A stretch of 32,000 bases of DNA from Planctopirus limnophila DSM 3776 (GTDB lineage Bacteria > Planctomycetota > Planctomycetia > Planctomycetales > Planctomycetaceae). The DNA lies in the NCBI RefSeq assembly GCF_000092105.1, contig NC_014148.1, positions 2,160,001-2,192,000 of the forward strand, read 5' to 3'. Position numbers and translations under genes: made by a program. Shown one piece after another: positions 24,352-32,000 of this stretch (positions within the stretch are counted from its first letter, which is position 1; every line of letters begins with the position of its first letter). The notes beneath the pieces are model-generated. The model ran no database searches, had not been told where the DNA came from, and saw only the letters and a list, made by a program, of their open reading frames with translations.

Positions 24352-25539
24352 TTATGCCGGGTCATTCACATGCCGGGCAGGGCGGCGCGGCCGCTGAGTT
24401 TCGAAATCTCGTATCTCGTACCGGGCCAGTTCCTTGTTGACTCGGATTTCAATGTTGGTCAACTGGTCACCTTCTTCTCGCGTAACGAAGGTAATCGCGG
24501 AGCCAATTTTTTCCGTCGATGACAAGCGGCCTGTTCGACCAATCCGATGCACATAGTCATCGCAATCCATAGGGACGTCGTAATTTACAATATGAGATAT
24601 GCCACTGATATCAATGCCACGCCCCATGACATCGGTCGCAATCAACAGTCTCAAACGACCATCACGGAAGCGGGAAAGCACACCTTCTCTCAGATTCTGC
24701 GACAAATCACCGTGGATAAAGCCGATTCTCGGCAAGCGACCGCTGAACTTGCGGTACACCTCTTCCGCACCACGTTTGGTTCTTGTGAATACCAGCACCT
24801 GCTGTGGCTTTTCTTGCGAGAGCACACGAATCAAAGTGCGAAACTTGCGATCCTGATCCACAGGCACATAGAACTGCGTAATCGAATTCTGAGAATCCGC
24901 CCCGATGTGAGAAACATCGACTCGTTCGGGATCATTCATATACTTTTGTGCCAGCCGTGCCACAGGTGCTGGCAATGTGGCAGAGAGCAACAGCGTCTGT
25001 CTTTCGGTCGGGCATTTTCTCAGAATTCGCTCGATATCTGGCCGAAAACCAATGTCAAGCATCCGATCGGCTTCGTCTAACACCACCATTTTCAACCGCG
25101 AAGTGTCGAGTTCCCCCCGTTGCATCAGATCGATGATGCGCCCGGGGGTTCCGATAACAAGCTGAGCCCCTTTCTTCAGATCAGTAATCTGCGGGCGTAT
25201 ATTTCGGCCACCCACGCAACAAACAGATCTCAAAGGATGCTTCAGTGAAAGGCGGCTTGCCTCTTCGGCAATCTGCTGGCTCAATTCGCGAGTAGGAGTC
25301 AGGACGAGCGCCTGAGGATAACCTTTCTCAGCATCGACTCGTTCAAGAATCGGCAGCACAAAAGCTGCTGTTTTCCCAGACCCGGTGCGTGCCTGACCAA
25401 TGACATCTTTACCTGATAGTGCCAGCGGAACAAATGCAGCTTGAATCGGGCTGGGGGTTGCAAACCCCATTTTATTAACAGCTGCCAGAGTTGTTTCACT
25501 CAGGCCCAAATCTTCAAAACGAACTGTCTGATTCTCCAT
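24352..25539 (-). CDS. DEAD-box ATP-dependent RNA helicase (core only, RhlE-like)
   Basis: Q motif GFATPSPIQ, motif I ARTGSGKT, PTRELS, motif II VLDEADRMLD, SAT, and motif VI HRIGRTGR. At 395 aa it has no long C-terminal extension. Confidence 0.95.
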   Translation of the reverse strand: MENQTVRFEDLGLSETTLAAVNKMGFATPSPIQAAFVPLALSGKDVIGQARTGSGKTAAFVLPILERVDAEKGYPQALVLTPTRELSQQIAEEASRLSLKHPLRSVCCVGGRNIRPQITDLKKGAQLVIGTPGRIIDLMQRGELDTSRLKMVVLDEADRMLDIGFRPDIERILRKCPTERQTLLLSATLPAPVARLAQKYMNDPERVDVSHIGADSQNSITQFYVPVDQDRKFRTLIRVLSQEKPQQVLVFTRTKRGAEEVYRKFSGRLPRIGFIHGDLSQNLREGVLSRFRDGRLRLLIATDVMGRGIDISGISHIVNYDVPMDCDDYVHRIGRTGRLSSTEKIGSAITFVTREEGDQLTNIEIRVNKELARYEIRDFETQRPRRPARHVNDPA

Positions 25540-25800
25540 CCGGGGAGCAATACCTCATACAAACATGATTGGGAGAACCGTCGCGTCTCCCTCGCGTCAT
25601 CTACATCGAAACTCTGGCGGAACACACCACAAACTGGCAGTGCGAACATCGCTCATCAAGTTTTCCGACAGATCCAGAGAGACTTGCAGTCGCAAAACAT
25701 TCTCTCATGTGACTTGACAGACTACCGCCCCGCACTCTCGAACACAATCTGGATTTTTTGCTTCTTTGAGGAAGGTGGCAGCGAAAACATCACTGATCAG

Positions 25801-27519
25801 TTACCCGGAAGTCGAATTCGACGCGGTTTGACCAGCCAGGTCTTCTGGCTCGAGCACATAATTCTTGATGTTCAACGTGTAACGATCGCGAAAGAACGAC
25901 GCCATGTGTTTCTCAAACGATTCGTCCCACGTCCTCAATGTATGCCACGTCGCGCCTGTCGGGGTCGATCGCAACTCCCCGCCATCGACGACCACTTCAC
26001 CACCTTTGAGAACATAACGGGGGATTTCGAACATCTCCCGGAGATCATCCTGCCGGGAATAGATGGTCACATCGGCATCCGCACCACAGCCCAGGTGACC
26101 TTTGTTCGCCAAACCGAGCATCCTGGCCGGGGCAGCTCTCGTGATGATGGCAATTTCGCGCAAACTGTACTCTCGCTTTAAATCTCCCAGAATCGTCTTC
26201 GACCGCATGGCCGCCGGTAAACGAGCCAGCATTTCGGCTCGCAACGATTCACTCATCAGAAAGGCGATAATCTGCGGATACGCCAGAAACGAGGCCCCAT
26301 TCGGATGGTCGGTACTCATGGCAATTCGCCATGGATCACTCATCAGCAGATACCACTCCAGGCCAATGGCCCATTGAAGAGCATGGACAGCACTTTTATC
26401 GCGATAGGTGATCGGTACGACACCACAGCCACCTTCGACTTCCGTATCGCCGCTGAACCACCGGCGTCCCGTCAGTCGATGCAGGTAGTAACCGACCTGA
26501 CTGTCTCCGGTCATCGAAACTGTGTCACCAAAGAGCACCTGCCCCACATCGACGGTAATCTCCGGATGACTCTCGACGTACTCAACCAGTTGTGCAGTTG
26601 CCGAACCAAACGTCGCCTGATCATTCGGTTCACCGGCATAGCTGTGATACTGGATATGTGTGAAATGCCCGCGATGTCCCTCCAGAGACTGCATCGTTGC
26701 CAAAGTCGTACGCCAGTTACCGGGAATCCCCAGATGGTTGCAATGGATATGCACAGGATGCGGCAGACGCAGTCGATCTGCAGCTTCGGCCAGTTGTCTC
26801 ACAATACGACGAGGTGTCACTCGCTCACTTCCAATGGGCATATCGAGATCATCAAGGGGCAAACGAGCACTTTTCCAGTATTCTACTCCCCCGGGATTCA
26901 CGATCTTTACGGCATATCCATAGGCAGCATTCAGCACCCACGCCACGAACGCCTCCAGAGCCGGCTGATTATTCTGCGCGAGGCATTGCATCACGAACTG
27001 GTTATTACCCAGAAGCGTATAAAAGCCCTTATCAAGAATGGGAAGATCCGCAAACTCGGCATGCACAGCTCTGGCATGTAATGGAGGAATCGCGGCATCA
27101 AACGCCGTCGTATACCCCAGTCCCGCGTACAGATATCCCGTGGCAAAACTTGATGGCACCGGGCCGGCATTTCCCGCCCGCGGAAACTGGGGCACTCCAA
27201 GCTGCCTCGCACTTCGCTGGGCACCAGCCAGCATGCGACGTGCGGCATTCACTTTCGGCCCCGCGATATGACAGTGCATATCGACTCCACCAGGCATCAC
27301 GACACAACCACTGGCATCCAGCTCTTTGTCAGCTCGGAAAGCAGGATCGGCAGGTGGTTCGACAACTTTGCCATTTTCGATCCATAGATCGATGATTTCG
27401 CCATCTCGATGATGGAGAGGATCATAAACCGCTCCACCACGGATTACTAAAGTTGCCACTCGGTTTTCCTTCACGACCGATCCATCTGGCCAGCGATGAT
27501 GATCGTCATGACCATCCAC
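25801..27519 (-). CDS. Formylmethanofuran dehydrogenase subunit A / formyltransferase-hydrolase complex subunit A-like amidohydrolase (FwdA/FhcA family)
   Basis: 572 aa, the typical FwdA length. The N-terminal beta-sandwich lead-in is IRGGAVYDP...GKVV. The metal motif is PGGVDMHCHIAGP (HxH). The amidohydrolase fold continues throughout. The start is GTG at 27519; an alternative GTG at 27459 is preceded by AAGGAA. Confidence 0.75.
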   Translation of the reverse strand: MDGHDDHHRWPDGSVVKENRVATLVIRGGAVYDPLHHRDGEIIDLWIENGKVVEPPADPAFRADKELDASGCVVMPGGVDMHCHIAGPKVNAARRMLAGAQRSARQLGVPQFPRAGNAGPVPSSFATGYLYAGLGYTTAFDAAIPPLHARAVHAEFADLPILDKGFYTLLGNNQFVMQCLAQNNQPALEAFVAWVLNAAYGYAVKIVNPGGVEYWKSARLPLDDLDMPIGSERVTPRRIVRQLAEAADRLRLPHPVHIHCNHLGIPGNWRTTLATMQSLEGHRGHFTHIQYHSYAGEPNDQATFGSATAQLVEYVESHPEITVDVGQVLFGDTVSMTGDSQVGYYLHRLTGRRWFSGDTEVEGGCGVVPITYRDKSAVHALQWAIGLEWYLLMSDPWRIAMSTDHPNGASFLAYPQIIAFLMSESLRAEMLARLPAAMRSKTILGDLKREYSLREIAIITRAAPARMLGLANKGHLGCGADADVTIYSRQDDLREMFEIPRYVLKGGEVVVDGGELRSTPTGATWHTLRTWDESFEKHMASFFRDRYTLNIKNYVLEPEDLAGQTASNSTSG

Positions 27520-27568
27520 TCATGGTCACGACTGTAATCCATTCATGCCCAGTTCGGCAGTGAAAAAC

Positions 27569-30079
27569 TCAAATCGGCTGCTGACTCAAGACGGACGAAG
27601 GATGACCCAGTTCATCAATCAGTTGCAGCAAGGCATGGCGATCAATCGGCTTGGTCATGTACTCCGTACATCCCGCCTGCAGGCACTTCTCGCGATCACC
27701 AACCATGGCATGGGCTGTTAACGCCACAATCGGGATTTGACATCCCATACTTCGCAACCGGCGGGTCGCCTCGTAACCATCCACAAAGGGCATCTGCATA
27801 TCCATCAGGATCATGTCGATATTCTGCCCCGCTGCGATGGCCCGCTCATACAGGGCAATCGCAACTCCTCCATGCTCGGCGATTGTCAGATCATGCCCCG
27901 CTTTGCGGAGAATCAGACCAATGAGTTTCTGATTATCAACACCATCTTCAGCCAGTAGAATGCCCAGCGGCTTCTCCCGCACTCTGGCTTCAGCCTGGAG
28001 TGCTTTTGTCAACCTTGGGCCAGAGACCTGTCTCGAAGTTCCCAGAGCCGAATGACTGATTTTTCCGGTTGGCAAAGTGATCGTGAATGACGACCCACTC
28101 CCGAGAATACTCTTCACCTGCAGATCGCCACCCATTAACTCGATCAATCGCTTGCTGATCGCCAGCCCTAATCCAGTTCCTCCAAACCGTCTGCTCACCG
28201 AAGTATCAGCCTGCGAAAACGGGATGAACAACTTATCAAGATGCTCAGCCGCGATCCCGATTCCCGTATCACAAATCTGCATCTGTATTCGTGGTGCGGT
28301 CGTAAACTCTTCCGTCATTCGCACCGAGAGATCCACACCACCTTGTTCTGTAAACTTGACGGCATTACTCAACAGATTCATCAACGACTGCTTCAGCCTC
28401 AGGACATCAGTCTCGATACAGACCGGGACATTGGTCGCAAAATTGACTGTCAAACCAATCTTCTTTTGTGCGGCTTTAGGCCCGATCGATTGCATGAGAT
28501 CATGGATTAACACACGCAAGTCACATGTCGTTTTCTCGATTTCAAACAGACCGGATTCGATCTTGGAAATATCGAGAATGTCGTTAATCAGTTTGAGCAG
28601 ATGCTCACCATTCCGCCGAATGATCGACAACGCTTCACAATCCTCTGGTCGATTCAAACTCGCAGAGACTTGCTCGGCAAAACCCAGAATCGCTGTCATC
28701 GGCGTTCGAATCTCATGACTCATATTTGCCAGAAAATCAGACTTCGCACGATTCGCTGCCTCTGCCGATTTTCTTGCTTCAGAAAGACTTGTCGCCTGCT
28801 GTGCCAGTTCCTCGGCCTGAATCTTCAATCGAGCTTGAGATCTCGATGATTCTTCAATCGATTCTCGCAAGCGAGCCTCGTACCGCTTGCGCTCAGTAAT
28901 ATCTCGCACGATGCCTGTAAAATAACGTCGGGAACCTTGCCGGACTTCACTGACTGACAACTCCATAGGAAATGTCGAACCATCTCGCCGGCGGCCCACA
29001 GCTTCCCGGCCAATCCCGATCACACGTCGAGTTCCAGTCTGCTGGTACTTCTGCAGATAGCCATCATGCTCACCACGATAAGGATCCGGCATGAGCATCC
29101 GCACATTCTCACCAATCATTTCATGATGAGAGTAGCCAAACATCTTCTGAGCTGCTGAATTGAGCGACTTGATCAATCCCGATTCGTCAATCGTGATAAT
29201 CGCATCCACCGCAGTTCCGAGTATGGCTCGCACCCGCGCCTCACTGTCACGCAGTGCTTCTTCTGTTCGTTTGGAATGGGTAATGTCGCGAACAGTCCCG
29301 ACAAACAATCGCTCTTCACCGTCGGTGACTTCTGAGATCGAAAGATTCATCGGAAAAACTGTTCCGTCTTTCCGCTTACCAATCACTTCTCGACCGATCC
29401 CAATAACCCGCCTTTCTTTGGTTTCGAGATATCGCTTCAGATAGTTGTCATGCTCCTGCTGATAAGGCGACGGCATGAGCATGTTGACGTTCAGTCCCAG
29501 AACTTCATCGCTCGAAAAACCAAACAATCGCTCGGCTGCCGGATTAAATGCTTTAATGGCCCCGCGAGTGTTAATGATCACAATGGCATCCACAGCCGAA
29601 TCCAGCAGAGCCTGGTGGCGGGCTTCACTCCGTTTATAAGCACCTTCAAGCTGGCGGATGATGGAGATATCGCGAAAACTCAGCAGGTGACACAATCTCG
29701 ATGTTCCCAGTTGTGCCACCCGATGATGCACTTCGAAGGAACGATTTGACCCATTCGAATCATTGTGCTCGACGATAATCTGTTCCAGCCGATCGCCGTG
29801 GCAAGTATTCTGCAAAGAACTCAGTAATGCGGATCGATTCCAGCACCCCTCGTGGATCTCACACAGACGTTTCCCTGTAATCTCCGCCTGCTGACACGAC
29901 ATCATCTCTTCGTAGGCGAAGTTCGCATAGATCACGTCCCACTCGTTTGATCCCACGAGTAATGTGGCATGACCAATGGCTTGGAGGCACTGTTCAACGC
30001 TCTCAATCGTCGGAATGTCGGGCGACAACGACAACACCATTGGTAGGACTTTCCGACAAGCCTGTCTCAGTAGCAACAA
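27569..30079 (-). CDS. Hybrid sensor histidine kinase/response regulator with three PAS domains, two of them FixL-type haem-PAS
   Basis: H-box SHEIRTPMTAI (His455, 28715-28717). N/G1/G2 boxes NLLSNAVKFT, DTGIGI, GGTGLGLAIS. C-terminal receiver with ILMDMQMP (Asp760, 27800-27802) and KP. PAS2/PAS3 carry MLMPSPYQQEHDNYLKRY...RVIGIGRE...RKDGTVFPM and MLMPDPYRGEHDGYLQKY...RVIGIGRE...RRDGSTFPM. The ORF-track start is TTG at 30079; ATG at 30040 is the more likely start. Confidence 0.9.
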   Translation of the reverse strand: MLLLRQACRKVLPMVLSLSPDIPTIESVEQCLQAIGHATLLVGSNEWDVIYANFAYEEMMSCQQAEITGKRLCEIHEGCWNRSALLSSLQNTCHGDRLEQIIVEHNDSNGSNRSFEVHHRVAQLGTSRLCHLLSFRDISIIRQLEGAYKRSEARHQALLDSAVDAIVIINTRGAIKAFNPAAERLFGFSSDEVLGLNVNMLMPSPYQQEHDNYLKRYLETKERRVIGIGREVIGKRKDGTVFPMNLSISEVTDGEERLFVGTVRDITHSKRTEEALRDSEARVRAILGTAVDAIITIDESGLIKSLNSAAQKMFGYSHHEMIGENVRMLMPDPYRGEHDGYLQKYQQTGTRRVIGIGREAVGRRRDGSTFPMELSVSEVRQGSRRYFTGIVRDITERKRYEARLRESIEESSRSQARLKIQAEELAQQATSLSEARKSAEAANRAKSDFLANMSHEIRTPMTAILGFAEQVSASLNRPEDCEALSIIRRNGEHLLKLINDILDISKIESGLFEIEKTTCDLRVLIHDLMQSIGPKAAQKKIGLTVNFATNVPVCIETDVLRLKQSLMNLLSNAVKFTEQGGVDLSVRMTEEFTTAPRIQMQICDTGIGIAAEHLDKLFIPFSQADTSVSRRFGGTGLGLAISKRLIELMGGDLQVKSILGSGSSFTITLPTGKISHSALGTSRQVSGPRLTKALQAEARVREKPLGILLAEDGVDNQKLIGLILRKAGHDLTIAEHGGVAIALYERAIAAGQNIDMILMDMQMPFVDGYEATRRLRSMGCQIPIVALTAHAMVGDREKCLQAGCTEYMTKPIDRHALLQLIDELGHPSSVLSQQPI

Positions 30080-30547
30080 AGAACCGGCACGGAGACACTC
30101 TCAGATCACATGAATCACCAAGGATTCATCGGCCAGCCAACCATACTTCATCCACATCTGCATCGACTGCTTCGGTGAACTTTCAGTCTCCACGCGAATC
30201 AATTTGAATAACTTCAGTGAAAACACTCGCTGTTTTGGGGGGGATATTCACTGAATGTCGCTTCCCAGTATCCAGTCATCACTTCACCGCTCTGGGACTG
30301 AAAATGCTTCACGCTGACTTCGGTGCAATTTCCGGATAAATCATTGATTCGGTTCTGGATCAATTCATCGTGGAATTGAAGAGGAAAAACGCTCAAAACT
30401 CTTTGAATCTCAAGACGCCTGACGAGGGAAGCGAAGGAAAACTTATCACGAATCGTCAACGAACGACCTGTTCATCGAGTGTATTGCCCATGGTTCTCCG
30501 TTACGATTTGAAACAGTCATTTCACTGCAACTGGCAAAGGAAACCTT

Positions 30548-31564
30548 GTGGCCACAGAAAAACGAGACTTTGACGATTTTCTGGAGAAGTTCCGCAAACA
30601 CCGTGAACTGATGCAGGAAGAACTCAGCAAGATCATCGTTGGTCAAAAGCCTGTTATTGAGCAGATTCTCGGAGCTATCTTCACTGGTGGGCATTGCCTC
30701 CTGGAAGGTGTGCCTGGTCTTGCCAAAACTCTCACAGTTGCCACGATCGCTCAGATTCTGGATGTCCACTTCAAACGCGTGCAGTTCACTCCCGATCTCA
30801 TGCCTTCGGATATCACGGGTACGAACGTCCTTGACGAAAACGAAAGCGGCCGACGCGAGTTCCGTTTTGTCGAAGGCCCGGTCTTCACGAACGTCTTACT
30901 GGCCGACGAAATCAATCGTACGCCACCGAAAACACAGGCAGCACTTTTGCAGGCAATGCAGGAACGTGAGGTGACTGTCGGTCAAACCACCTACCGTCTG
31001 CCAGAGCCTTTCTTTGTCATCGCCACTCAGAATCCCATTGAGCAGGAAGGAACTTACCCACTCCCTGAGGCACAACTTGACCGCTTCATGTTCAACGTCG
31101 TCGTTGACTATCCCAATCTCTCGGAAGAAGAGGAAATTCTGACCGCGACCACACGCGGCGAACGACCGGAGATCCGTAAAGTCCTTTCAGCCAAGTCGAT
31201 TCTGTTCCTGCAAAAGCAGGTGAGCATGGTCGAAATTGGCCCGCTCACCGTGAACTATGTGGCCCGGTTAGTTCGCGCCACCAGACCGCGCGATGATTCG
31301 GCACCGAAGTTCATCCGCGACCTGGTCGATTGGGGAGCAGGGCCCAGAGCCGGGCAATTCCTGATTGCCGGGGCCAAAGCCATGGCGGCGATGGATGGTC
31401 GCCCGAGCGTCGCCATTGAAGATATTCATCGCGTGGCCATTCCTGTTCTCAGGCATCGCATTTCCACCAACTTCCAGGCCCAGGCTGAAGGACTCTCACG
31501 TGAAGCGATTATTGCCCGATTGCTCGATGCCGTCCCTGAGCCATCGATTAAGAAATACTCCTGA
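30548..31564 (+). CDS. MoxR-family AAA+ ATPase
   Basis: 338 aa with a GTG start. Walker A GVPGLAKT, Walker B LLADEINR, QAALLQAMQE, and ATQNPIEQEGTYPLPEAQLDRF, which are typical MoxR signatures. Confidence 0.9.
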   Translation: MATEKRDFDDFLEKFRKHRELMQEELSKIIVGQKPVIEQILGAIFTGGHCLLEGVPGLAKTLTVATIAQILDVHFKRVQFTPDLMPSDITGTNVLDENESGRREFRFVEGPVFTNVLLADEINRTPPKTQAALLQAMQEREVTVGQTTYRLPEPFFVIATQNPIEQEGTYPLPEAQLDRFMFNVVVDYPNLSEEEEILTATTRGERPEIRKVLSAKSILFLQKQVSMVEIGPLTVNYVARLVRATRPRDDSAPKFIRDLVDWGAGPRAGQFLIAGAKAMAAMDGRPSVAIEDIHRVAIPVLRHRISTNFQAQAEGLSREAIIARLLDAVPEPSIKKYS

Positions 31565-31634
31565 TTGTTTCTCTGCAGAGACCAGATAGAAGGCCATGAT
31601 CGACTGTTGAAACTGACCAGGTCGGAATACTGTC

Positions 31635-32000
31635 ATGCCCAACTCAGCCGAGCAGTATTTGAATCCCGAAGTGATTCGCAACGTTTCACGTCTGGATCTC
31701 CGCGCGCGTTTCATTGTCGAAGGATTTTTACAGGGGCTTCATGCCAGTCCTTTCCATGGTTTTAGCGTCGAATTCAGCGAACATCGCCGATACTCCCAGG
31801 GCGACGACCCCAAAGATATCGACTGGCTCGTCTACGCGAAAACAGACCGATACTTCGTCAAGAAATTTGAAGCCGAAACAAACATCTCTGGCATGCTGCT
31901 GATGGATCTCTCCGCCAGCATGGGCTACACCTTCCGGCAACAACTCAACAAGTTCGAGTATTCAATCTGTCTCGCTGCGGCACTCGCCTACCTGATGATT
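31635..32000 (+). CDS. DUF58 (VWA-fold) protein, partner of MoxR, 3'-truncated by the window edge
   Basis: My own translation from ATG 31635 (not in the ORF track because no stop is reached): MPNSAEQYLNPEVIRNVSRLDLRARFIVEGFLQGLHASPFHGFSVEFSEHRRYSQGDDPKDIDWLVYAKTDRYFVKKFEAETNISGMLLMDLSASMGY. This carries the DUF58 hallmarks (G.H.S...G.S.EF...R.Y..GDD.R.IDW and the DxSxS MIDAS start). Confidence 0.85.
   Translation, partial: MPNSAEQYLNPEVIRNVSRLDLRARFIVEGFLQGLHASPFHGFSVEFSEHRRYSQGDDPKDIDWLVYAKTDRYFVKKFEAETNISGMLLMDLSASMGYTFRQQLNKFEYSICLAAALAYLMI

Noticed and set aside
24547-25080. 177-aa + strand ORF
   Set aside because: It is antisense to the DEAD-box helicase, whose motifs are unambiguous on the minus strand.
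25441-27395. Several long + strand ORFs (25441-26181, 26305-27081, 26697-27395)
   Set aside because: They mostly lie antisense to the FwdA/FhcA-like gene (25441-26181 also crosses the helicase start and the 25540-25800 spacer). Their composition is Arg/Ser/His-rich and low in complexity, with no motifs.
28077-28718. 213-aa + strand ORF
   Set aside because: It is antisense to the histidine-kinase catalytic core (H-box/N/G boxes are on the minus strand).
30214-30459. 81-aa minus-strand ORF in the kinase/MoxR divergent intergenic region
   Set aside because: I recognise no motif. It has no convincing RBS and sits where the two divergent promoters are expected. I cannot exclude a small protein, but the sequence alone does not support one.
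1-32000. Search for tRNA/rRNA genes, transposases, integrases, phage or defence modules
   Set aside because: No T-loop-like GTTCGAATC-type motifs occur in intergenic DNA. No rRNA-like sequence, no IS-type inverted repeats and no recombinase-like ORFs were seen. The window looks like stable chromosomal backbone.

Overview
Bacterial chromosomal window with moderate GC. The gene content looks most like Planctomycetota, but that is inference only. Nineteen CDS are supported. I saw no rRNA, tRNA, CRISPR array, transposase or integrase.

The first third (1-10109, open at the 5' edge) is a single PUFA-synthase-like type I PKS of more than 3360 aa. Its domain order is KS, degenerate KS (CLF-like), AT, 4x ACP, IAT/peptidase-C45-like Ntn acyltransferase, KR, DH, DH. 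Same-strand genes follow it: an Sfp-type PPTase (start overlaps the PKS stop), a FabL-like SDR enoyl reductase, a GH3 acyl-acid amido synthetase, a DHDPS-family aldolase and a DJ-1/PfpI protein.

The rest of the window holds:
- avtA-like aminotransferase (-)
- a sigma54 enhancer-binding protein with no sensory domain
- a D-2-hydroxyacid dehydrogenase (-)
- a DUF481 outer-membrane protein
- a sugar-phosphate isomerase/epimerase
- scpA
- a SHOCT-DUF4870 membrane protein
- a small 4-TM protein (-)
- a DEAD-box helicase (-)
- a solitary FwdA/FhcA-like amidohydrolase (-)
- a hybrid histidine kinase with two tandem FixL-type haem-PAS domains (-)
- the start of a MoxR-DUF58 operon

The best candidate for a new system is the megasynthase locus (1-15421). 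A self-cleaving-type C45 acyltransferase domain, with an intact Gly-Cys site, sits inside the assembly line where no thioesterase is visible. It is coupled to a trans FabL-type ER and a GH3 conjugating enzyme. This suggests an uncharacterised secondary lipid, possibly an amide-linked lipid conjugate.
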